A DNA stretch of 64,000 nucleotides, taken from positions 11,780,001 through 11,844,000 of the forward strand of contig CATNEN010000007.1 in the NCBI GenBank assembly GCA_950097015.1. The letters are read 5' to 3'. A program made the translations under genes and the position numbers. The DNA comes from Macrostomum hystrix (taxonomy: Eukaryota; Animalia; Platyhelminthes). Below are positions 37,332-49,115 of the stretch, piece after piece. How positions within the stretch are numbered: position 1 is the stretch's first letter; each line of letters begins with the position of its first letter. The notes beneath the pieces are model-generated. The model was given only the letters and a program-made list of their open reading frames with translations, did no database searches and was not told where the DNA came from.

Positions 37332-37419
37332 ACAAACACACACACACGCACACACTCACAAACACACGCACACGCACACGCACACACTCACAAACATACG
37401 CACACACACACACGCACAC
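37332..37419. repeat. Degenerate (CA)n microsatellite
   Basis: Direct reading. Confidence 0.9.
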
Positions 37420-38246
37420 TGATCAGGTGAGCCGCTCGGAACCGCTGCGACCCAGTCAAGGCCAATGGTGCATGAGAAAATTTACAAGCGCATTATGAGA
37501 AGATGCAATGAGAACAGGGTCACAAGTACAAGTACCAGGCTTCAAACTGGGCGACAATCGCGGGAGGAAGGGGCTGCGGCACCAGCGTCTGCTCGCGGTG
37601 AGAGACCGGGCCAACTTAAACTTATATAAAAAGTTGCTGCAGAAAGTTTACTGTTGTCAATGAAATAGCAGCCAGAGACTGTACAACTGCGCGAGGTCCG
37701 TGTCAACTGCAGTAAATACTCGTAGGTGGATTTCTTATAAAAAAATTCCATCTATATCTCCCCACACTACGTCCGAAATGCCTTGTCTGTGTTGTGTATA
37801 ATAAGACGCTACAAATAAGTAAAAACTACAGTGTAAAAGACGACTTGGAATCCCGAGATTTCTGAATGGCTCAATGTAAAATTAAACTGCAAGATGCGCC
37901 AGCCTACTTCCAGTAGGGCTAAAGTGCTAAAATGTGAAATGCTGTCTGCTGTCCTCTGCTGTCTATCAATTAAACGGTGCGCAAGAAAACGAAATCATTT
38001 AAGATTAGTAAACTGGATACATAAGCAGAATGGGGTCAGAAACGACCGGGCCGAAACAAAGAGAGATAATGTGCGAAATTGTACATTACTAAATTAAATA
38101 TTAAAGCAGCGAAATCGGAAGCAAAAAACTGCTCTAGAGAAATCAGATCGAAGAACGCGCGTATAGAACTGGGCGGGGAAAGGAGGCCCGCAGCCGTTTT
38201 GAGAGGCCTTTGAGAAAGCCTAAACACAGTCGATTTAGTTTCACCT

Positions 38247-41200
38247 TCAGTCGGAGTGCGTGTATCTGAAGGTGAGGTTAATGCGCGAGGCATTGGGGCT
38301 GTTGAAGGCCTGCTGGTCCTTGGGCACCGAGTGCAGCCAGTGCAGCTGCATGGAGCCCCGCATCACCAGCAGGGAGCCGTGGCGCAGCGGCAGCCGCAGG
38401 TGGCGGCCCCACTCGTTCAGCTGCCGGAATTTCGGCGGGTTTCGCTTCGTTTTCACTTCAAACTGGCGCTCGTAGCCCAGGGAGATAGACGCGATCAGCG
38501 GATGGGGCCCGAGGGTCTTCTCGTCATCCGCGTGCCACCCGATTGAGTCCCGACCGGATCTGCAGTAACAGGGTGAGCGATGCTGGCGAGCCTCATCCAT
38601 CTCACCTCATAGCTGGAAAGGCCCTCCAGAGCTGGGGAGGTCTCACTCATCTCATAGTTTGGGGATCTCACTCATCTCATAGTTTGGGGATCTCACTCAA
38701 CTCATAGTTTGGGGATCTCACTCATCTCATAGTTTGGGGATCTCACTTATCTCAGAGGTGGGGGATCTCACTCATCTCAGAGGTGGGGGATCTCACTCAT
38801 CTCATAGTTTGGGGATCTCACTCATCTCATAGTTTGGCGGATCTCACTTGTCTGATAGTTGGGGAGATCTCACTTGTCTGATAGTTGGGGAGATCTCACT
38901 TGTCTGATAGTTGGGGAGATCTCACTTGTCTGATAGTTGGGGAGATCTCACTTGTCTGATAGTTGGGGAGATCTCACTTGTCTGATAGTTGGGGAGATCT
39001 CACTTGTCTGATAGTTGGGGAGATCTAACTTGTCTGATAGCTGGGGAGATCTCACTTGTCTGATAGTTGGGGAGATCTCACTTGTCTGATAGTTGGGGAG
39101 ATCTCACTTGTCTGATAGTTGGGGAGATCTCACTTGTCTGATAGTTGGGGAGATCTCACTTGTCTGATAGTTTAGGAGATCTCACTTGTCTGATAGTTGG
39201 GGAGATCTCACTTGTCTGATAGTTGGGGAGATCTCACTTGTCTGATAGTTGGGGAGATCTCACTTGTCTGATAGTTGGGGAGATCTCACTTGTCTGATAG
39301 TTAGGGAGATCTCACTTGTCTGATAGTTGGGGAGATCTCACTTGTCTGATAGTTGGGGAGATCTCACTTGTCTGATAGTTGGGGAGATCTCACTTGTCTG
39401 ATAGTTGGGGAGATCTCACTTGTCTGATAGCTGGGGAGATCTCACTTGTCTGATAGTTGGGGAGATCTCACTTGTCTGATAGTTGGGGAGATCTCACTTG
39501 TCTGATAGTTGGGGAGATCTCACTTGTCTGATAGTTGGGGAGATCTCACTTGTCTGATAGTTGGGGAGATCTCACTTGTCTGATAGTTGGGGAGATCTCA
39601 CTTGTCTGATAGTTTGGGGAGATCTCACTTGTCTGATAGTTGGGGAGATCTCACTCATCTTATCGTTGGGGAGATCTCACTTGTCTGATAGTTGGGGAGA
39701 TCTCACTTGTCTGATAGTTGGGGAGATCTCACTTGTCTGATAGTTGGGGAGATCTCACTCATCTTATCGTTGGGGAGATCTCACTTAACTGATAGTTGGG
39801 GAGATCTCACTTATCTCAGAGGTGGGGGATCTCACTTATCTCATAGTTTGGGAGATCTCACTTATCTGATAGTTGGGGGATCTCACTTATCTCATAGTTT
39901 GGGAGATCTCACTTATATGATAGTTAAGGAGATCTCACTTATCTCAGAGGTGGGGAGATCTCACTCATCTTATCGTTGGGGAGATCATCTTGGGGAGGGC
40001 AATGAAACATCATTCGGTGACACTAGACCCGCAGCCATCGAGGAGGCAATTCTGCCCATTCCGCTGACTCCTGAGCACACACGCACACAGATACCGTACA
40101 CATGCACACACTTACACAGGTATGTGCATCTGCCCCGACTTTCTAATCGTCAGGCAGTGTACACTTTCATCGTTCCTTGGAGGTTGCCGCTCAAAGGCGT
40201 AAATTGCAAAAGCTCTCAAGCTTTCTCTCCGTGGTTGCGCCCAAAATTAATGTGGCCTCGCCACGGAATCAAGCTTAGGGACCTTGGTGCGAGAGGCGAC
40301 CACGTTAACCGCTCTGCCACCGACCCCCAAGCAACTCTGGTTACCTGTACAAATTGCAGAGTAGAGAATTGAAAGTTGCGTCCAGCTTATGGGCAATGCG
40401 ATCCTTTAGATCGGCCAGCCTGGGGTGCCAGACGTGATTGGCTTGCAGTTCAACTCCTGAGTAGGTGTAGGGAACGCCAAACCAGCAAGTGAGGCGGGGC
40501 TCCTTGTGGTACTCGCCGCGCACCATGGTGTCCCTCTGGCGCCACTCAAGCTCGTTGAGCAGCACTTGGAACAGGTTGTCAGCCTCGGACTGGGATAGAA
40601 AATATGGATAGTAGGACACACTGGAGTCCGGCTCGCGGTAGTGCTTGCTAAGCAGAAGGTTGCCTCCTTGCTGAAGGAATTCCTCGGGCAGGTCGGCAGC
40701 CGACTCGCTTTCAATGCTGCGGTCAAGACTGCGGTCATGGCTTCGGTCAAGGCTGCGATCGTGACCGCGATCGCGGCTGCGGTCATGTCCCCGATCGTTA
40801 ACACCCCCAACTGCTCCATTGTCCTGGCAAGCAACAGAAACGGGAGGCGGCATCGAGAAGTCAATGCCAACTAGCGGTGGAGATAAAACCGTCGGAGTGG
40901 ACGGAGCAGGTGGGTAGAAGCGCTGCTGCATGTAGGCCTGCTGCTGCTGTATAAAGTTCTGCTGCTGCTGAGGCAGCATTGTGGGCTGCGGCTGAAACTG
41001 TGGGCTGCTGAGGCGAAACGGCGGCACAAAGTCAGCTGCGCTTGGGTTTAATTGATATGGTTGTGGCTCGGCGCCAGGGTTGCCAGAGATCGATGCTTGA
41101 GGCGGAGGCGGAGGCGGGGGCGGAGGCGGAGGCGGAGGCGGAGGAGGCAGCTGTGGAGGTGGGGGCGGGGACAATGCTGTCGGCTGCTGCGTGGGCAGAG

Positions 41201-41675
41201 GCCCCTGAGGCAGCGGTATTTGAGATGGCAGCGTAGGTGACTGCGCACGCTCGCCCCGACTTGTATTGGGCATTTTGCGATCCGGAGAGTCACGCGAGTT
41301 TCCCTCTTGGCGGCGTCGGCGATGACGGTCGGAGTTGAGAACCGGGCTGCGGCGGCCCCCGCTGCTGCTACGACTACGACTGCGGCTGTGCCGGCGCTTG
41401 TGCTGTCGACCTGCAGGCAAGGCTGGCGCTGGAGAAGTGGTTGGAGAGTTCCGACGCCTGGGTGGCGGCGAGGCTGAATTAGACGACTCACGTCGATGGT
41501 GCCGCCTCCGCTCACTGGGGCTTCGATCGCGCTGGGCTTCCCGCCTCAGGCTCTTGGACTTTTTCTCCTTCTTCTTTGACTTGTCTTTCTTGCGTTTAAC
41601 GCTGCGACTGGTTGCTGCTTCGTCAGGCGAACTGTCCTGCAGCTGCTGCTGGGAATCGGTTTTGCGCTTGCCCAT
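38247..41675 (-). CDS. ALKBH3: AlkB-family Fe(II)/2OG dioxygenase, ALKBH3-like, with long RS/Pro-rich N-terminus; exons 41675-40345 and 38559-38247
   Basis: EPRLTCWFG..PYTYSG, FNSLLCNLYR|SGRDSIGWHADDE (HxD), IASISLG, HGSLLVM.G..Q..WLHSVPK, RINLTFR; GT-AG intron in phase 2. Confidence 0.92.
38635..39990. repeat. 25-26-bp minisatellite (GAGATCTCACTTGTCTGATAGTTGGG), ~50 copies, in the ALKBH3 intron
   Basis: Direct reading. Confidence 0.97.
39995..40328 (-). mobile_element. tRNA-derived SINE, same family as 34640-35010
   Basis: Colinear similarity (GACACTAGACCCGCAGCC, TCAGGCAGTGTACAC, GTTAACCGCTCTGC.ACCGACCCC). Confidence 0.88.
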
Positions 41676-42197
41676 GCGGCGGCTGCGGTGCCGGCTGAAG
41701 ATGGCAAAGAGTTTTGTGATTTTGCAAAGCTAACTGCACAAATTGATTTAAGCTGCCTAAGCTAGAAAACGTTTGTTTGAGTGCGGCTCAACACATCAAT
41801 TATATGCCACTCGGCTAGAAAACGCGAACTGGTAACCCTTATAGCCTAAAGTAAATAAGCACAGAATAGAACCGTTGAAGGTGCACACACCGAAAGACTT
41901 CTGGGCACCGAAACCCCAGAGTTTGTATTTGGAGTAAAAAGTAATCAGGATGCAAAGAATCAAAAAGCATATAAAAGCAGATCAAAAGCTATATTTGGTG
42001 CAGAAAGTCATTTGGCGCTTAAATTACAAGCAGCTAATTATATTTTTCGGGAAATCTCTGGTCCTATCAGGTCTGAAAAAACACGCAAGCAAATAAACAG
42101 CATCAGAGCTTACGGACAAAGCGAGCATTAGAAAGCAGTGGTCAGAGATGGCACCTTTAGTTACTTACTTGACACTGACTTTGTTTAATCAGGCTTT

Positions 42198-43890
42198 CTA
42201 AAATTGATTTTGATCGTCCATTCGTGACATGACTCTGGGGAAAGTAGATCGGCAACCTGTCAGCTACAGCCTGGCCTTTTACTTGGGTTTGGGGCTTTTT
42301 ATTTATACAATATTCCTGATATCTCAGATATTTAATTTTATCTAGATAAATAGCCAGTAGATTACATCAGTATGAACTTATGTTTTTCATATTTCGTTCC
42401 AACTTTAAATTTGTCATAACAGGATATTGTTAAAATTTATTATAACAAAGACAAATAACTTATACGAATTTTAAACGCAGGCAGTGTGTAGATTTTAGAT
42501 TCACCGAATTGACCGCAAAAGGCAGACTAACTTTGGAGTAGCAGAAAATGCACAGTCTGCTGTGAAGCAGGCACACGGAATAAAATGTTCGCCCAGCCGT
42601 GCTTAGCCAACTGAAGACTCACTCATGGATTCGTAGGTTACTCTCCGAACGCGAGACGCGCATCCGCACAGGCGTCACATTTGCCGTCAAGCAAGTCAAC
42701 CGGCCGGCTGCGGAGCTGCCGTCTCCACGCTCATTGAGATAGTGAGGTCGGGGCAGCGAGCTCCTGGCGATGGAGGCAGATCGATGCAGCGTCGGATTCC
42801 TCGGCGGCGGATGCTGCTGTGGCGGAGCTGCGTTGGCGATCTGGCGCAGGTGGCGGTTCTCTTCTTCCAGAGCTGCCAAGCGTCTGCCATCCTCGGCACC
42901 GTCTGGCCCGATGTGCAGGACACCAAACAACAAGCGAAAGCCGTAGCGCGAACGCAGCAGGCACCAGATCATAGGCCCGCTGAGGACAAGCACAGTGATG
43001 AAAATGGAGTGCCAGACTGGGAGGCCCTCAATAAGGTGCCGATAGCCCAGGTTAAACGCTTTCAGGAGATCCACCAAACGTTTCATTAGGATGCTTCCGA
43101 GCAGATCGCTGGCCGCTTCTAATGGATTGACATCCCAGAAGGGGTCGACAGCCAGAGCTTCAAGCTGTTTCAAGCAGTCGTCCTTGGGTGGCGCTACGCG
43201 AACGGCGCTCGTCACCCAGAGGTGGACAGACTCCAGGAAGCCAAGTGGCTGACTTCTGGACCGGCATTCGAGTCTAGTCACCGCATGTTGCCGCCCAGCC
43301 AACGCCAGTCGGTAAAGTCTGACATAGTTCATCCCCCAGCTAGTGAGAAAGACTACTAGCAGGGACTGCCATAGTCTCAACCGGCTAAGACACAGCCAGG
43401 AAATCAACAGTATCATCGCAACCACAATGAAGGCCTGCACCGGCCACTGTGTGTCAAACAGCTGCCACCAGCGGAAGCCAGAGCTGCTGCTCCAATCAGC
43501 TGCGGGTTTTAACTTGGAAAATAGAGCCAGAAGCAGTTCATTCGCGTCCTGCAAATCTTCTACTTCCGGCTCCCGCTGCTCATTGGCGGCTGACTGCAGA
43601 CGGTGTAGTTGCGCACCGTTAACTGTCCAGCCACTGCCAATGTCGAGTTTTACCTGGGCATCATCAGGCAAGCCGCGCAACTCAGCATTACGGGCCAGCA
43701 CTCTGTTGAGACTGCGGACCAGAATCAGGTAGTAGGTGCGGTACGCAGTAGGTTTTGCCCCCTCTGAGGTTGAGGTCAGCTGCGGAGAAGACTCGGGCAC
43801 TGACTCTAGTTTATTTAGTCCGTAGGGGTCGTACAGGCTGTCAGATGCTGCCAGCTGAAGCATTGGGAAAAGCAGCAGAAACGCTGTCAT
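42198..43890 (-). CDS. CLCC1: Chloride channel CLIC-like 1 (CLCC1/MCLC) homologue; main exon 43890-42623, probable short last exon 42234-42198
   Basis: Signal peptide, DPY motif, SWGMNYVRLYRLALA..C..DDCLKQLEAL.VDPFWDVNPLEA matching CLCC1 SFGWNWMYLYKLAFA..DPCQKYYE..VNPIWLVPPTKA; several TM helices; the ORF's TGA lies within a GTGAGT donor. Confidence 0.8.
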
Positions 43891-45350
43891 AGCTGGAAAT
43901 ACAATCAAACGATCGCAAATAAGATGTGATAATATCTTAGCTGTACAGGTTTAGAATGTCTCGGAAAAGGACTCTAGACGATGAATATCTCAAGCATTGC
44001 AGATGATCGATTTAAAGACAAAATGAGTGGGATGCAATGGATAAATTAAGGTGAGGTAGGTTGGTGATAGGTAAGGTAGGCTACGAAAACTAGAAAGCAA
44101 ATATAATCTCGATGAAATTTTTATAGAGCAAAATAGAAACAGACAAAAACTTATAATGCCAGATAGACGGATTATGCTTACTCAGTGCTGCTTTATGATG
44201 CTTTTACATTTCACGGAACTAATTTGCGCGACGGGGCAAACAATGAAACACCGGATTAAATTGTTCTAGCTCGTATTGTGTTACGTGGAAGTAGGCGAAT
44301 GTTCAATATTTTGTGCATCGTTTCAGCAAGCTGCGTATGCTGGCGTGGCAAGGGTGGCGGGATAAAAGAAACAAGAGACACCTTTGTGTCGGCATTGTGC
44401 GCCGGTAAATAAGCAAGGAAAAATTTACTCATGTGATACGCTACTGCTTTATTGAAAACCTGCATTGTTGTGAAGGAACTCATTGAAGCATTCGATTTCC
44501 ATTCAAAGCGGAGGAAATTACGAGCACAAAGATAAAACAAATTAGGCAGGTGCTAATCTACATTGGAACATAAAACGGTCTTAGTTTTGTAATTTAGTTT
44601 AATGTAAAAGCTGAAGTAACGTATAGTAATATTGCGTTTCACGTCAACACAACAAGCAAATAAAGACAGCATTCTACATAGACTAAATTAAGTTTTTAAC
44701 CTAACACTCTCTGATTAGAGATCCCTAAACCTGAATTTTAACTATATGTCAAGCATTTGTACTACTATGCCCTAAAAATTGCTTAATCCCCAGGCAAAGT
44801 TAAAATTACTTAGAAAATAATTCAAGGAGAAAGAAGGTAGAAATCAGCATCAAATGCGGTGGAAATTACAAAAGTACTTTCGGACTGCTGTAGCGTACTT
44901 TGTAACCCTGACAAAGACTACTAACAAAGAGAGAAATACAGCTCCGAATATAAACAAATTTTTATAACAAAGGCACAGTGGGGGAAACCAAATAGTGGCA
45001 AAACAGTAGAGAAAAAAAGAATCACACTGATTTAAAAGTATTGTCCGTTTAAAAAATAGAGAATAAAGACGAACTTACTTTTATAATAAAAAACAATAAA
45101 AGAAGAGTTTAGGGGCCTATTTTCAGAAATCGACGAAAATGAATGCACGCTTAAATTGACCACTTGCAACATGTCAGTCGATGCTTTCTGAAGTGCAATG
45201 CGCGAGCAAATATTCGACTACACGTACCGCACCAGTATTTCCTGCAATCGCTGCTAAGATCCTTAATGCCCAACGAAGAAGTCTCTTGTGGACATAACAA
45301 CTTTCTGTGGACTCGCTGATGTGCATTTAGCCTTGCACGACTAGAGAACT

Positions 45351-48300
45351 TCAGTGGCAGCTATATTGGGTTGTCGCCAGAGCTTGGAGTCCTAGACCAG
45401 TGTCTACAACGTTGACGCGATCTCCAATAGACTCGCGGCCGTGCTGACGACATCGGATGGTGTGAGTGTTAAGATCGTCCTTCTCACGAAATACCGCGTT
45501 ACACAGGCCACACTCATACATACTTTCATAATCAACAAGGACAGCTGCTGGCTGGTCGTCATCAATTTTCGAGGCAGGATTAACTCGCGGTGCATTGGGG
45601 GCTAAGCAATAGTGACGAGCAAGGTGACATGGCATCTTGAACTCCCGGCCACAATACTGGCAGCTGACTCGAGCGCAGGTATGAATTACATTGTGCTTTA
45701 GCAAATTAGCAGCTGAAGCGAAAGCTTTACCACAAACAGCGCATGAAAACGACTGGACTAGCCTCTGAGATTTCGTTTCCGCAGTGGAAATGGACTGGTT
45801 TGGCTGTAGATGGCTCTGGGTTGCATGAAAACTTGAAATATGCGCCAGCAAAGATTCCTTAAGATCAAAGCGCTCGCCACAAAGGAGGCAGTCATTAATC
45901 GATTGATTAGAGTGCGTAACTCCACGGTGCTCCGTGTGGCTAGCAATTAAGGAGTAGTCGCTATACGTACGCGTGCTAAAATTCCATTTGTATGCTCTTC
46001 TTTTTCCTCCACTTGATTCCTAAAAGGAGAATTTTGACATAATTCAGAAAATAATGTTAAATATATATAGCATAAAATTTTTGCAACTCAATGGAGCCAT
46101 GACATTGAATAATAGCTTTTAAAACACACCTTTGGTTTTTCGAAAGTTCTGAATTTCACAGACTTTGACTGAGGTTCGACACCGCGACAGCTTCCCATGT
46201 GCACTCTAGCTACATTCTCGTCCTCAAAGCGCATAGCACAGTATAAGCACGGAAACCATTTACTTGGGTCATCAGTATAATCTTGTGCATCAGCCTCTTT
46301 TCCAATTTGTCGATCAGTGGGGTTCTCAGAGAAAGCGCCCTTCAAATCAAATCTGCCCCTATTTAACACCGGAAACTTGAAAGTTCCGGTAACACCAGCA
46401 CCGCTGAATTCCACCTCAATTGGCGTCGTAACGCTGTGAGCTGGACCATTTTCAGGAAACTTTAGAAAATGGTGTGTGTTGAAACGATAACTCTGAGCCT
46501 TAGATGTGTAAGTAACTGCTGGCTGCAGTTGCTCATCAGCACGCACTGTTTTGTGAAGTGACGTAGATACTGCGTTAAAAGGAATTTCCTTTGCTTCGGG
46601 ATTTCTCCATTGTGTAAAATGGTTTGATGGAAAAACGCTGTTTCCATAAGAATTAAGGCGAAATTTTTCGAAATGGAAAACTCGATAGTGTTGTCCGAGA
46701 CTGTACCATGACATAAACGGAGTGCTACATAGGTCACATACATATTGACCGATGCGATCATTCGGTCTATGTTCTCGAGACTGGTTGGAAAGGTGCTGCT
46801 CTTTAAGCGCAACCCGCGATAGAAATGAACTTCTTAATTCGTCATTGTTCGAATGGTCACGATTAAAGTGCTCAGTGAGCTTGAATGCTGTCTCAAAAGC
46901 CGCATCGCAAAAGTGGCAGATAGACGGAATATTAGTATCTTCAGTTTGTTCGCGCTGATCCAGAACGAAGCTCACTTTATCGATTTTAGTAACAAGTTGA
47001 TCAGGAGGGCCATGACATTCCGATATACAAGCGGACTGATGCGGATTGGAGCAAATTTTTTTAACGTGCTTTGCGGTCACACGCCAATCTTCATTGGGTT
47101 CATCGGATGGTATTTCATATTCAGCAAAATCCACCAAATTTGAGGCGAGCGGAGCTGTCGAAATGCCAAAAATTTCACCGACTTTTGATGGCGGCTTCTG
47201 ATTTTCAGTTGTCTTTTTAAGAGATTCCAAATTAATCTGAATGGGAACGAATCGCAATGGAATGGTTCCATACTTTCCAGACTTCCATTCCTCGTACTGC
47301 TTTCTGTGAAAGTAGATGCAATGTTTCCCCATGCCTTTAGAGAAAATCCGCTCACCACAAAATGGACATGGGGTAGCCTCCTTCCTTGCTCCTGAGTTAG
47401 CACCCTTAGTATCAATTTGTGCTTCATGTTGGATCATTTTCTTGTGTTGTTTGTGATGCACTTTACTATCTGAAAGTGTTGGATTAAAAGAGCAAAGAGG
47501 AATTTGTCCATACTTTCCCTCTTTCCAAGCGTTGAACTCTTTGCGATGAGAAAACGTGCAATGACTGACGACTCCATTGGCTTTAATTTGCTTCTGACAG
47601 AATGGACACGGTAGTAAGACTAGTGGAGCGACTGCACACTGTCTGTTTAACTCGGCTGAAAACTTCTGACCATCTGCTTGAACAAAAGCTTGTGGAAAGC
47701 TTCTGTGCAAATTTCCTGGATTCGGTGAGCTTTCTACAGCAGCATGCGGGATTTCTCCAAGTAATCTGGCGTCTTCTAAAACGCGTAGTACAGCAACGGC
47801 GACATCAGCATTAGGAGGCACATAGCGAAGTTGAATCTGTCCATATTTGCCATCTTTCCAGTCAGTATATTCCTGAATGTGGTGGTTTACGCAATGCTTT
47901 GCAAGACCTTTTATAGTAGTCTTGTGAGTTATGCAAAATGGGCAGTTGATATCCAGTGGATTTTCATTAGTATTGAATTCAAACACTCCATTCATATTCA
48001 CAAAGAATGGAGCTGTATTAGCCAACTGGGTCTTCAATTTAGAGCGTTTGCCTCTAAATCGACTGAACAAACGATCAGCACGATCGAGCTGGCGCTGTCG
48101 ACTAACATGATCTTCTGAAATATGCTCACGAGGTGGCTGATTGTACGGAGTTGCAGAAGCGCTGGAACTGCACTCGAATGTCGTTGAAAATGGTGATACG
48201 TGATCAGGCTGGCCAGATGAATTAGTGAAGCGAAACGCGGCAATCATTTCCTGTGTAAGACAAGAAAAGCTGACTAACGGGCCAAAAAATCCTTTCTTGA

Positions 48301-48655
48301 AAGCCGTAAAAAGCTCAGAGTGATGCTGCATAAAGTGTTGTTCGGCATCAGAATATCCATTAGGAAGTAAGCCGCATTCAGGACAAGAAAATGTTCCATT
48401 GGATTCGACATTTGCATTCGAATGAACGGAATGAGCGCCGAAATCAGAGGCAGAAGTTCCAGCACCCGAACATTGTTCTACAACAGCAACAGTTGAAGAT
48501 GGAGTTGCAGTGGCTAGACAAACATCCCTGCTTTGGGTCTCATCAAAGCCGTGCTTCTTGTACATGTGCTTTCGCAGACTTTTAATAGAAGTGAGCAATT
48601 TGGAACAGACGCAGCAGCGATAGAAACCACTGGTGGCTTCGATATCAAAATTCAT
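45351..48655 (-). CDS. Multi-C2H2 zinc-finger protein (~1,060 aa); exons 48655-46130 and 46019-45351
   Basis: Many CxxC..H..H fingers (e.g. FSCAVCGKAFASAANLLKHNVIH); phase-0 intron AAG|GTGTGT..TTTTAG|GAA joins ORFs 46088..48655 and 45351..45851. Confidence 0.88.
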
Positions 48656-48819
48656 TGTCGCACTTGAATCTTAAGAGCCATGAATTGGGATTGCTAAATT
48701 TTCCTAGTTTTTGTCAATCGGTCCTAGTATATACAATTTGTATGGGTACCTGTGGGAGATTCTATTGGAGGGAAATAAAATAAACGAATCAAAAGCGGTG
48801 GACGTTTTAGAGTCACATA

Positions 48820-49115
48820 AACGCCAAAAACGCTTATTCAACCACAGATCCAACAGTTCATAGCGCCAAAAACGCTTATTCAACCACAGATCCAACAGTT
48901 CATAGCGCCAAAAACGCTTATTCAACCACAGATCCAACAGTTCATAGCGCCAAAAACGCTTATTCAACCACAGATCCAACAGTTCATAGCGCCAAAAACG
49001 CTTATTCAACCACAGATCCAACAGTTCATAGCGCCAAAAACGCTTATTCAACCACAGATCCAACAGTTCATAGCGCCAAAAACGCTTATTCAACCACAGA
49101 TCCAACAGTTCATAG
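48820..49115. repeat. 42-bp minisatellite, 7 copies
   Basis: Unit CGCCAAAAACGCTTATTCAACCACAGATCCAACAGTTCATAG. Confidence 0.96.

Noticed and set aside
38635-39990. CRISPR-like array (palindromic 26-bp unit)
   Set aside because: Units abut without unique spacers, no cas genes, eukaryotic intron
48704-49105. 133-aa ORF (DLWLNKRFWRYELL)n
   Set aside because: 42-bp minisatellite
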